A stretch of DNA of 64,000 bases from assembly GCF_009914755.1 (NCBI RefSeq), contig NC_060925.1; one strand, 5' to 3'. A model generated the notes under the pieces. That model ran no database searches. It saw nothing but the letters and a program-made list of their open reading frames with translations, and was not told the origin of the DNA. Positions 33,925 to 46,035 of this stretch are shown here, piece by piece (within the stretch, counting starts at the first letter, position 1; the number at the start of each line of letters is the position of its first letter). The DNA is from the human T2T-CHM13v2.0 reference genome, Homo sapiens. Made by a program: the position numbers and the translations under genes.

Positions 33925-34540
33925 TATCAGTAGTTTTCAATTCTCTATCACTGTTTACCAACCCATTCCAAAATTTAGTTGCTTAAAACAACAATTTATT
34001 ATTTCTCAAGATCCTGTGGTTTGGCTGAGCTTAGCAGCGCAGCCCTTCTGTTCCTTGTGTATTGCTTAGGTCACTCCTGTGGTTGCCTTCAGCTGGGAGC
34101 TTGCCTGTGATTGGAACATCCAAAATGGCCTCTCCTCATACCCCATTTTCCATGGTGTGATTATTCCACATTGCATGCCGGTATCAAAACATCTCATGTA
34201 CCCCATAGATATACACACCTACTATGTACCCACAAACATTAAACATAAAAAAATAAGGAAAAAATGGACTACCCTTTTCCAGGGCCTCTCTCCACATGGC
34301 CTTGCACCATTCAGTAGCCAAACTTGAGCTTCCTTCAGCAATGGCAGCTGGCTTCCAAGGAGGAACTTCCTAAGGGGGCAAGCCCAAATTTGCAAGTGCT
34401 TCCAAGGCTTCATGCCTGCTAATATCCCATTGGCCAAAGCAAGTCATGAGGATGATCCAAGAGTCAATGAGAGAGGGGAATACACAGTCCACAAATACTA
34501 AGTGACATGTTTCCTTGACCACCAATATAATAATCTACAC
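33925..34540 (-). mobile_element. MLT1 LTR interrupted by a short plus-strand L1MA 3' end (~34139-34262)
   Basis: MLT1 motif aaaatttagttgcttaaaacaac; L1MA terminus taccccattttccatggtgtgattatt...ctactatgtacccaca followed by an A tail. Confidence 0.65.
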
Positions 34541-36107
34541 AAGTGCCCTCTAAGGAGAATGGAACAGGAGAGGAGAAGACTAGCCTGGGGTGAGCTGCAT
34601 TCCTTTTAGTATAAGTTCCACGACTTCATGACTTATTCTTTGAGCTCCAGAGGCAGAGCCAGTGGATGAGGGCTGCAAGGTAGCAGGTTTGGATTTTAAT
34701 AGGAGCTGCCTAACAGTGAGACACCTGCTTTGTGAGACAGTGAGCCACCCATTGTGGGGAGTATTCAGAGAGAATCTAGATTGCCTCTTGGTGGGAATGT
34801 GTAAGGAATTCTTGCCCGAGCTAAGAGCTGGACTAAATAATGGATAAGCTTTCTTTTAACTCGGAGTCTATTTAAAGCTCTCCTAGGCAGGCCAAGAACA
34901 TTTGTCTCACAGATAACAAATTCATGTCAAGCCACTTGCAAGGTGGGGCGAAGAACGTAGTCCTCCAGGTGGAGAAGATCCCAGCTGTGGAAGGGACTCT
35001 GTCTGCGGATTGGGAACATTCTTTGTGCTCTCGTTGATTGACAGCTGCACTGGGGTTGAGAGGGCGGGACTTCCTGGCCCAACCAGCCGTGAGGGAAACA
35101 AACAGGAAAAGGTGACTGGGTCCTGGTCAGCACCGTCCAAACACGCTTCCCACAAGTACTTCAGCTCCACACAGCCCTTCAGGGGCTGCCAGGGAAAGAG
35201 GAGGCAGGGGCGGGGGAGGGTAAGGGAGGCTGTCTGGGGAGAAGCCACTGACCTTGCACTCCATCAGAGCAGCTCCACTTTCGTTCTTGCAGACTGAGTT
35301 TTCTTGTGAGATTTTTGTTTAAGGAAAAGCTTCCAGGGCTAAAATTGAAAGCTTTAAAACTACTCAGAGCGATTTTATCCATGAGAGACATTAAGTCAGC
35401 CGAAGTGCCCTGCTGCAGGGGGGACCCTGCGTAGCGGTGGAGGACGGGGGTAGGGAGGCAGCCCTCCAGGCCTTTGTTATTGAGGGAGGGCAGTGGAGGT
35501 GCTCAGGGTGGGGCAGGGCTGGGGCCGGGGCCAGAGTCAGCTCCTGCACCGAGGTGCGGTCTCAGGGTACAGTTTCAGGGGGCTTGGCCCTTCTTACCTG
35601 GGGGTGGCCCCAGTCTATCTAAAGGCACTAAGACACCCACAGATGACAGAGCCAGAGCCAGGGACGCTGGGACGACCACTCCTGGGGGCACTGCGGGAAT
35701 GTGAGGGCACCAGTCCAGCTCCAGGTCTGACTGGAAGATCTAGAGCTCCCCTAGATTTGGAGCTCGCCCTACACTCCCGGCAGCACCCTCTCTGGACAAG
35801 CCTGGGAGCCCGGATCCTTTTGCTCCAGAGCGCCTGGCACGTCCTCAGGGTGAGGCATCCTGGTGGTGTGCTGAAGGAGGATACCCTCCCATCTCAGCTT
35901 CAGGCAAGCATTCTTAGGGCTTCAGGTCCAAAACACGACCCCTTTCCACCTCCAGACAAAAACAGAGTGGGGCCAGCAAGGTGGTCAGGATGGAATCTTT
36001 TGGACAAAACCAGTGCCTCCTGGAGTGAGAAGCAGACCAGTGTACCATAACTGGAGCCTGTCTTCGGCACCTCCCACCTCCTGTTCCAGGACACCCTCCC
36101 CTCAACA

Positions 36108-36745
36108 CGTATATTAGTCTTCTATTGCTTTGTAAGAGATTGCCACAAGTTTAGCAACTTGAAAAGACACCCATTATTCTATGGCAGTTTTTGGGTCAAG
36201 AGACTGTACGGCTTCACTGCATCCCTTGCTCAGAGTCCCCTGGGCTGTATTCCCCTCTGGAGGCTCACCTGGGGAAGAATCCACTCCCAGATTCACTCAG
36301 ACTGTTGGCAGCATTCACTTCCTTGCAACTGTACCAAGGGATGGGGTTGGGGAGGGTCCCCCTGTTTACTGGCTTTGACTGGAGGCTTGCCCTCAGGTCC
36401 TAGGCTGCCAGCTTCCTGCCACAAAGGCCTGGCCACTGATTTCTTCTGCCCTCAGGAGATGAGGCAGTATGGTATTTTTGTACTTAAACATAGAAAAGGT
36501 ACAGTAAAAATATGGTATTATAATATCACTGACAGTCTCTGCCCTCAGGAGGCCCTTCTCTTTAAGGGCTGCCTGCCTGATTAAGTCGGGCGCACCCAGG
36601 ACAATCTCCCTTTAGATGAACTCAAAATCAACCAATCTGGGACCTCAATTACCTCTGAAAGTCCCTTCATTTTTCCCATAGTCCATTGGCTAGAAGCAAG
36701 TCTCAGGTCCCACCTAAGCTCAAGGGGAGGGGGATATACAGGGTG
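36108..36745 (-). mobile_element. MLT1D-like LTR containing a ~90-nt insertion
   Basis: gtatattagtcttctattgc...ccattggctagaagcaagtc...ggggagggggatatacaggg. Confidence 0.7.
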
Positions 36746-37104
36746 TGAACAGCCAGGGGACGGGAATCCTGGGGGGCGTCTCCCACACTCCTCTTTTGGA
36801 GACCTCAGGACCCAGTACCCTAATCCCTTCCTTCACTTGTGAGGACCCACACCCTGCGACCCCTGCCACCTGCCCCTACCATGCACAGCTCTTCCAGTCC
36901 AGACCTGCTCATAGCAACTCAGTTTTCTGTCCTATCCTAACACAAATTTTCTCCCAGCTGTCAGACAAGATAGACATAATTGGATCAAAGAAGTCCCCAA
37001 AGGGGACTCTGCATCGTCTTTGGGGGGCTTCTGCCTTATTCCAAAGAAGTGACCGGGAGAGACATGTTAGGGGTCCATGACTAGTGAATCATAAAAATGG
37101 TTTA

Positions 37105-37420
37105 CAGTTAAGTGTTGCTTAATGACAGGGATTATGTTCTGAGAGATGTGCCATTGGGTGATTTTGTCCTTGTGCAAACATCACTGAGTTTGCCACCTAG
37201 GCTATATGGCATATAGCCTATTGCCCCTAGGCTACTAACCTGTACAGCATGTTACTGTACTGAATACTGTAGGTAATTGTAACATGATGGCAAGTATTTT
37301 TGTACTTAAACATACCTAAACATAGAAAAGGTACAGTAAAAATATGGCATTGTAATCTTAAGGGACCAGTGTACTACTCTGTGTGGTATGTTGTTGACTG
37401 AAACGCCATTATGCTGTGAG
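37105..37420. mobile_element. Tigger3-family DNA transposon remnant
   Basis: acctaggctatatggcatatagcctattgcccctaggctac...gttactgtactgaatactgtagg...aaacatagaaaaggtacagtaaaaata. Confidence 0.8.
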
Positions 37421-37644
37421 TCCTCACTATCTGGATGCTGGGAAGGTGGCTCTTAATCACTCTGCTTAGATCACCGCTTACTTTGCCACCCAATAGGGCC
37501 ATCTTTTGTAGGATTTGGGGGTTATGTCTGCTCCTCCCACCACCCCAGAAGATAACTTATCTGATAAACCACCTACGCTTCGTGTGTTTGCATTTTGCAG
37601 GGGCTCAGTACCAAAAGAATTGTCCCAGTCTCTTCTATAAAGTG

Positions 37645-37890
37645 TTAATAATAATGATCATGGTAATAGTCCCATTTATCGAGCACTTACCATGTGTTGG
37701 GCACCGTGTTAAGCACTCTATGTAGTCCTCATATCAACTTTACGAAGAAGGTCCTATTTTAGAAATGTGGAAGCTGAGTCTCTGAGAGTCTAAGCCTCTT
37801 GCCCAAGGTCACAAGTTGATGAGTGGCAGAAGTAGGATGGTCCCCTCCCTGGAATGTCAGAGTCCAAGCCCGTGTGATACTGCCACTCCT
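37645..37890 (-). mobile_element. MIR
   Basis: ccatttatcgagcacttac...gaagctgagtctctgagag...cttgcccaaggtcaca. Confidence 0.7.
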
Positions 37891-40324
37891 GATCCGAACA
37901 CTTCCTGTCCTCAGTTGTTTGGTTTCCATGCCCTGCACACCTCCCTGGGCACAGCCATGGCTGGGGCTCTCTGAGTCGGCCCCTGACTGGCCTGGGAGGG
38001 GCTGAGCATGGAGCGAAAAGAATTGCCCTGGATACAGGCTGAGGGCCTTCAGGGAGCCCTTTGCCACACGGCAGCCCAGAGCCTCCCCTGAAGCCTCAGA
38101 GGTACTGCCATAAGTGAGAAACCAACCTACGCCCAGGAACCAAATGCCAACAGAGACCAGTCTGTGGTGCCTGCCAGAATAACAGAGCTTCATGTCCCCA
38201 TGTGTCATCACAGGAAACATGAGACCACGCAACTAATGGATGCCAAAGCAGCCTGGGCCCAGTGTGCTGCCTCGTGAAGCGGGGACAGAGGGGCTGGGGA
38301 GCTGGAGCCAGGCTAGCTGGGTCAGGGGTCCCAGGGCTGGGCCTCCCGATTTTAGAGCCAGAGGAAGTGTCACTGAAGGACTTGGAAACAGAACACTAAG
38401 AAGACACTGGGTCTTTGCTTGGGACCCATCTTTGCTGATTTGAGGATGTCCAGGACTGAGAGCACCTGCTTTCTTGATTGGCTTTGTTTTTGCTGTTGTT
38501 TTGTTTTTTAGTTCATGACTTGTTTAGTTAAACTGCAGAGTAGGGAGTATAATGGCACATGACTCACCTCGGAGGCCTAGTAAAGATGACCTTCAAGGAA
38601 AAAGGCATGATCTCTCTGCCTCTCTGTCTCGCTGTCTCTCTCCTTCTCTCCCCAAGTCCACTTCTCTCCTTTTTTCTCTCCCCTTTCCTGTTTCTCTCTG
38701 GATTCCTCCTGGCTTCTCCATCTTCTAGAGAGTCATCAGTTCTGGGACTCCCACTGCTTCCGAAAAGACATCAGTGAATTGGGGGATGTCTGGGACAGCT
38801 GAATAATAAAAATTTTACGTGGAGAGACAGAGATTGATTGGTGCCTGAATGAGTGGGCGAATTCAATTCACATTGATCGAACTCCCGGGATGTGCCAGCC
38901 TCTGTGCTCAGCCCTGGGTGTGGGCGTGTGTTGCAGGGAAGTGGAGTCAGGGGCTGGGGGAGGAAGCTACAGAAGCCTAACCCTGGCAGTAAGGATTCTT
39001 AGGAGGGTGGGAGGAAGAGTCAGCCTCCCTGCCTCAACCAGGGGTGCTTGTCCCAACTCCACCACAGTCTCTGGAGAGGGGGAAGCAGAGGAGATTGATT
39101 TTCAGTTTCCAGGGCACTGTCATCCTCTGTCCTTCTTAGCAAACGCCTCCCCGACCATCTTTAGTCCCCTCTGTCATGTTCACTGCTGCCTGCAGTCCCC
39201 TTCTGTTTCTGTCAGAAATAGCCCAAATCAAAGGCAGTCTCCAGACAAGTGAGGGGACTGACACCTCTCAGAAAGTCCTGTCCTCACCCACTTCTGTACC
39301 CAAGTGGAAGGAGAGAAACCTCATGAAGCTGAAGGAGGGAGCCTCATTACCCAGGACCCAGAGGAGACGGGGTTTTCATGAGTGGGACGATTAGAGCTCT
39401 GGAGGTTCCTTGCCCACTTACAGACCCCGTTCTCTAGCCCAAGATTAGAGGTCTGTTCTGGTCCTCACACGCTCTGTCTTGGGGCTGGGGAGGGGACTGC
39501 AGGGAGCCAGACATCTGAGGTCAGGGCCTGGCCACATGAACCATGGGAGAGAACAGATAGGGTGTTTGGAGGTAACCTCATGTTTTTTCTGCCAGTCAAT
39601 TTGGTTTATTGTTCAGATCTTCAGCTGTAATTACAGGGAAACCCAACCCTAATCCTCACCAGGTTTAATCAGGAGAGCTGATTTATAGATTGATTACAAC
39701 TTCATAGATTTATTAGGAGCTGAGTGGGGCCAGCGTGTAGTGGGCTGAGTGAGACTGGCCTGTTGCACTGGGAGACAGAAAAGAAGAATGAAAGCCAAAA
39801 GCCAGGGAGAAAGGGGAGGGAGTCAGGAGGTGAGCAGAGGGAGAGGTTGGGGAGAGAATCCAAAGAGAAGAGATGGGCCTCAGACAAGCAGAGGGGAAGA
39901 AGCAAGGGGAACTGAGTGAATGTGGAAAGAAAGCCTTTGGGACCAATCTCTCCAGCAATTCTTAGGAACTAGGCAGGGCTCATTATTTAACTTTTCTAAG
40001 CCTCAGTGTCTTTATCTGTAAAATGGGCGTAATGAATACCTACCTCATAGGGTGCTTGTGATGATAACATGAGACTGTGCATGCGAAAGAACTAGGTATG
40101 GTTCCTGATACCTGGGGTGGGGGTGTGTGTGCAGGGGTCAGTGGGATAAAAGGAAGAGGGAGGAAATAGGAGAGACAGCAAAGAGAAAGAAGACAAAAAA
40201 GAGAATATTGGCAGAAACGGATTCATATACTATACATAACTGCCATGGAAGAAACTGCTACACGCCCTCCCCAACCATTCCCTCCTTCCTCCATAGTAAT
40301 GAGCTTTAAATATTTGATTTAGAT

Positions 40325-40670
40325 TTTTTTCTTTGAGACAGAATCTCGCTCTGTCACCCAGGCTGGAGTGTAGTTGTGCGGTCTTGGCTCACTGCAGCCT
40401 TAACCTCCAGGACTCAAGTGATCCTTCTGCCTCAGCCTCCTGAGTAGCTGAGACTACAGCTATGTGCCACCAAGGACTCCTAGACTGTGCACTACTGAAA
40501 CGTGGGCAGAATTCTGAACCACACCTGGAAGCCGAGGGGACATGCCTGGCTAATGTTTTAATTTATTTATTTATTTATTTTGTAGAAACAGGATCTCATT
40601 ATGTTGCTCAGGCAGGTCTAGAATTCCTGGGCTCAAGCAATCCTCCTGCCTCAGGCTCCCAAAGTGTGAT
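40325..40670 (-). mobile_element. AluJ carrying a non-Alu internal insertion
   Basis: Alu body split at gtgccacca|tgcctggc by 70 extra nt. Confidence 0.88.
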
Positions 40671-41440
40671 TTAGATCATTTATTTAACCTTTAATTTAGA
40701 GTAAAGTTTCCTAGCCTCTTTTGTAGTTAGATGAGGCCAGCGGATATAAGTGGAAGAGATCTATGCAGGTCTAGGGGATGCGTTTGAAAGGAAAAGATGC
40801 ACTCTCTCCTTCCCTCTTCCCACTGGCTGGTGCACCACTTGAGCCATGCAGACAGCCCTTCCTGGCATCCTAGGAATGTCAGAGTGTCTAGATAAAAGGA
40901 TCCTGGGTCTGTGACTCTGTAGCCACCACAAGAGCATAGGCAGTCCTAATGACTCTGGGGAATTAAGCTACTTTACTGACCTAAAATTTTAGGAAAAAAA
41001 ACCAAAAAACAATCATTATCTTGTTTAAGCCACTTTGATGTTGCATCTTTTTAATATGCATCCCCACCTTGATTCTAACTCAGAGCTGTCCAATCAAACT
41101 TACTGAGATGATGAAAATATTCTCTATTTACATTGTCCAGTATGGCAGCCACCAGCCTCTACATGTGGACATTGAACATCTGAAATATGACCAGTGTGAC
41201 TGAGGAAATGAATTTTAAGTTTTAATCAATGTTGATTAATTTAACTTTAAATTTAAGTAGCCACATGTTAATAACTACTAACTGAGAGGCTACTTGTTCT
41301 TCTCTGGAATCAACCCTCTTGCCCTTTAAGCGGCTTCTCCATGAAGGGAAGAGGCCTCTGGGGGTGTGTCCCCTCGGCTTCCAGGTGTGGTTCAGAATTC
41401 TGCCCACGTTTCAGTAGTGCACAGTCTAGGAGTCCTTGGT
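40469..41440. repeat. Perfect 74-bp inverted repeat (40469-40542 and 41367-41440)
   Basis: Manual reverse-complement comparison gives 74/74 identity. Confidence 0.95.
41085..41290. mobile_element. MER3-like hAT-Charlie element
   Basis: gctgtccaat...cagccaccagcc...acatgtgg...gactgaggaaatgaatttt...tagccacatg. Confidence 0.7.
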
Positions 41441-42719
41441 TCTTAAGAGAACGAAAGTCTGTCCAAGTTCAGCTGCTTTTAGACCAGAGAGGCCTCTGCT
41501 GGCTCTCGTGTTCTCTCTCTTAACAGCCTTCCACATTCTTCTCAGTAACCTGGTCATCAGCCCCAGCCTTATCTACTTTGGAAAGATGTAAATAAAACTG
41601 TTGGCATAAGAAATGTGACTTGCCAAGGTAAAGTGCTAGCTCTGAGTGTCTACTGTGGGACTCCTTAGATCCTAGACAGTAATCTCCTCCTCAGCCTTGC
41701 TAGAGCTCCTCTCAGCCTGTTTTTCTCAGATCATCAGCACTTTAAATTCAGTGTGGCAAAGATTCTTCCTTGGGTCATTAAAGGCTGTATAAGGTTGTCT
41801 GACAGTGACCCTTGTTGTTACTCTGGGTCCTAGGCCCCATCTTCTCCCACTCGGAATGCTGTGCCCAAGCTCACCTTTCCACAGGTTGGATAGTTTCTGC
41901 TACCCTTCATCCCTCTCTTCTGACTTCCTGGAAGCACTAAGTTTTCCAAATACTTCTGTAAACAGCTGGCATCTAAATCTAGACTGCCTGACCTGAGTAT
42001 TGCTCTACTGACAAGGTTGCTTTCCCTTTGTTTTTTTTTTTTTTAAAGAAGACTTAAAGAGGAGAGGTCCCTTCCATTAGAACAGAGACCCACCCTAAGT
42101 CCAGCAGGGCACCCTGGCTCCAGCAGTCCTCTCAGTGGGAAGATGGGAGGAGGGGGGACTCATGCCTTCACTTCTCTTATCAATCTTGGCTTTAGAAGCA
42201 TTCTTCTCCCTCATCATGTTCTTCTGCAAACATGATACCATTATGGCTTCAGGGGACCAGTGGGGAGGACAAATGTTACTTTAGGAAGGAGGAGGGGAAG
42301 CTCTATCCACAGAAGAAGCAGGAAATAAACCACCTGATCCAAAGAGCTGAAATAAAAGTACTATTCTAATTTATGATCTAATCCCACACTCCTGGTCTTT
42401 TGGAGTGGGAAGCGTGGGTGTGAAATTTGTATTAAACAAATGGAGAATAGAGGCACAGAGAAATGACTTGCTCTGACCACAGTCACGCAGCTGGGTGGAA
42501 GTGGAGGTGTGAGTAGACACCAAGCTGAGGCTCTGTCTTTAAGATCACATTTTGCACAAGTACGTTGCATCCAGAAAAGGCAACCAGAAGATTGGCTCTG
42601 GAAGTCAACACGTAGAGGGAAGCCCAAACATGAAGCTCATGCAGTTCAAGACCAGTGACTTAGAAGTTTCATTGCCAAGAGGTTCACTAGCTTCTTCTAG
42701 TAGACCTTGGTCATTACAG

Positions 42720-43197
42720 TTATGTCTGTCTAGCATGCATCCCTACACCCCTTTTCTGGTTGCAGTACCACCTATTTCTTTGGGAGTACTTCTATCCACT
42801 CCTTTAGGTTTGATGGAGGGTGTCAGTCACAGAATGCCACCCATTACAGGCCATGTCAAACTCAGTACTCAATCATGTTACCCTGGCAACAGTGACTGAT
42901 TCAAGAGCTGGGCCCATTACCAAAGATGGAATGATGAGAACCACTTCCCTGTGAGAAAGAAGTCTCTTTCTGCTGGCCTTGTTTGGAAGGGTGTGATTTT
43001 GGGGTTTTCAGAGGCCATCTTTCTCACCACAAGGAGCGAGCCAGTCTCTGCAGACTGAAGCCACACACAGAGAGGAGCAGAGCTGAGAGCTGAGAGATGG
43101 GGGCGGGGAAGTGGGGAAGGGTGGAGATGGAGATATACATATAGAGATTAGAATATTTATAGACATAATTTGAGCCCTTCTATGGACTTCCCAGCCA
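42720..43197 (+). mobile_element. Old MLT1 LTR (resumes at ~52152-52220)
   Basis: ccctggcaacagtgactgattcaag...gaggccatctttctcaccac...tggacttccca; approximate. Confidence 0.5.
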
Positions 43198-43347
43198 TGT
43201 AAGTCTAGGGTTAAACCAGAGAAGCAGAACCAGTAGAATAATATAGATAGGAGAGGAGGAGAGAGAGAGAGAAGGAGAGAGAGAGAGAGATGGACTTATA
43301 AGGAATTGGCTGGCACAATTGTGGCTAAACAAGTCTGAAGTCTGTAG

Positions 43348-44200
<853 letters not shown>

Positions 44201-44230
<30 letters not shown>

Positions 44231-45500
44231 TTCGGCCTCAATTTGATACTCAGTTGTGGATAAAACGTGTAAAGATACATGGGGAAGGCATAGTTGATAT
44301 AGATTACAGATACAGGGTAAACACAGGAGAATTAAAAGCACAATTAATAAAAACCACACCCACCACGGCCAACGCCAATGCCAGTCGGACAGCCAATTCA
44401 CGATGGGGTGCCCATGGTTATATTCTAACTGCTTTGTTTTTGCATGTCTTGGGCAAGGAGAGTAATATTGTGAGAATTGTCAGGGATATACACACAACAT
44501 TCAGCATGCAGTAAGGCGCAAACCCTTCCTTGGGCTGCTGTAAGGATGTGTAATGCCATTTGATTTTGCAACACAACAGTACGCCCCTGAGCAAATTCAT
44601 CTGATAACAACGTAAGTCCAGTGCTACTAGCATTAAGAGCTTTTTCTACATGCAAGCTTAGTATTTTAATTTGTTGTTGAAGCAGGATTGTACCAGCAGT
44701 GATATGGTACCACCACCAGGGAGTCTGGCGCATTTGTAACCAGCAATATTTGTAAGTAACTAGATTACTGGGGAGGGAAATATTATCCCAGATAGTGAAT
44801 GGAATTAATGGCCACCCCCAAGTGCATCTCCCTGTTCAGTTCGGGGGCAAGTATCACCACCCATAGGATCCGCATACACAGAGGGCCCCCCAGGGAAGGG
44901 GAAGAGTTCTACTACAATCGTATTGCTGTAATGTGTAATTTAAGTAACAAAGGTGCTGTGTTTCACTGGGGGCACTGTTATTGATTTGGAATATGTGCTG
45001 ACAACTGTCTGGTGGGAGAAACCCCAGAGTGTCATTGGGGAAGCCATTTAAGGCCCCCAAACAAAGGGGGGGCCATAAGGAGTCCAGCTACCAGTATGAC
45101 AGGTTCCCCGTATACGCTGTTCCAGGCATATCAGGTAGGATACAAAAGCTTTTGACTCATTGCAAGGGTGGATTTCGCCTTTTGTTGAATTTGGGCAAGA
45201 ATAGACTGTTTAGTTTGGTTAAAAGAAGTTCAGGTTGTACTACAGGTGCTATTCTCCCAACCCCATTGGTAGCGACATAGCCACTTGGAAATATTAGCAG
45301 AGATAATATTCTAAGGTAATCCATTCCCTGCAGCCTCTGGCAACTCGACACATACCAGCACTGACTGCGGTTGAGCTCTTTTGCAGCAGTGGCTACCAGG
45401 TAATAAATTCATTCTAGGCCTCAGACACAAAGACACAAGACACATCAGTAGATAGGTCATTCCCTGTAATAGCAAAAGTGGAGGGGAACATGATATTGTT
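44201..45500 (-). pseudogene. env: env remnant (gamma-type SU/TM)
   Basis: ISD and CX6CC in LQNQMALHILTAAQGRVCALLHAECC; TM anchor WWVWFLLIVLLILLC; frameshifted SU CWVC near 45355. Confidence 0.88.
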
Positions 45501-45627
45501 TTTTCATATTTAGGAAATTGTACTATGCCTTCATTTTCTGCTCCCATAGCTACAAGGTCACCAGCCTGAGGGGTGGGATCTGATGGACGCTGTACCTATA
45601 TTTTGGCTCCAGGATTTAAGCCACTAG

Positions 45628-46035
45628 TACCAGTGGATCTGAATAACCTGGTTCTGTATGTAGCCTCTGTTGGGGCAGAGATTTCCTACAGGGTTAATTG
45701 CTGACAAGGTACCACTAACAATTGAGCAACTGGTATCTGCAGTTTTATAGCAAAAGAATCTGGAGTGGTATTGTATAAAATGACCTTTAACTCTCCCCGG
45801 TAATCACTGTCAGTTATACCCCCGTGTACTGTAATACCCCGCATTGCAAGACCTGATTGGAATGTAATCCACCCATAATGTTTGCAAGGTATAATACCTA
45901 TAATAACTCCTAAGCCGGTGGCTACCGTGTATGTACTTTGGGCGGGAATTATCCCAGGCTTTAAACTATATAAGTCCAAACTGGCAGCTCCTCTTGTACT
46001 CCTCCATGGGAGTGGGTGGATTTTCCAGCATTTCA
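45628..46035 (-). pseudogene. dut: dUTPase remnant
   Basis: GAASLDL, SGLAMRGITVHGGITDSDYRGELKVILYN and AQLLV; after an in-frame TAG, a decayed motif 5 RTRLFRSTG. Confidence 0.88.

Noticed and set aside
45628-45690. APOBEC3-type G-to-A hypermutation of the provirus (Gly-to-Arg changes in dUTPase motif 5)
   Set aside because: The changes examined fit ordinary CpG decay; strand bias cannot be shown without a consensus alignment.
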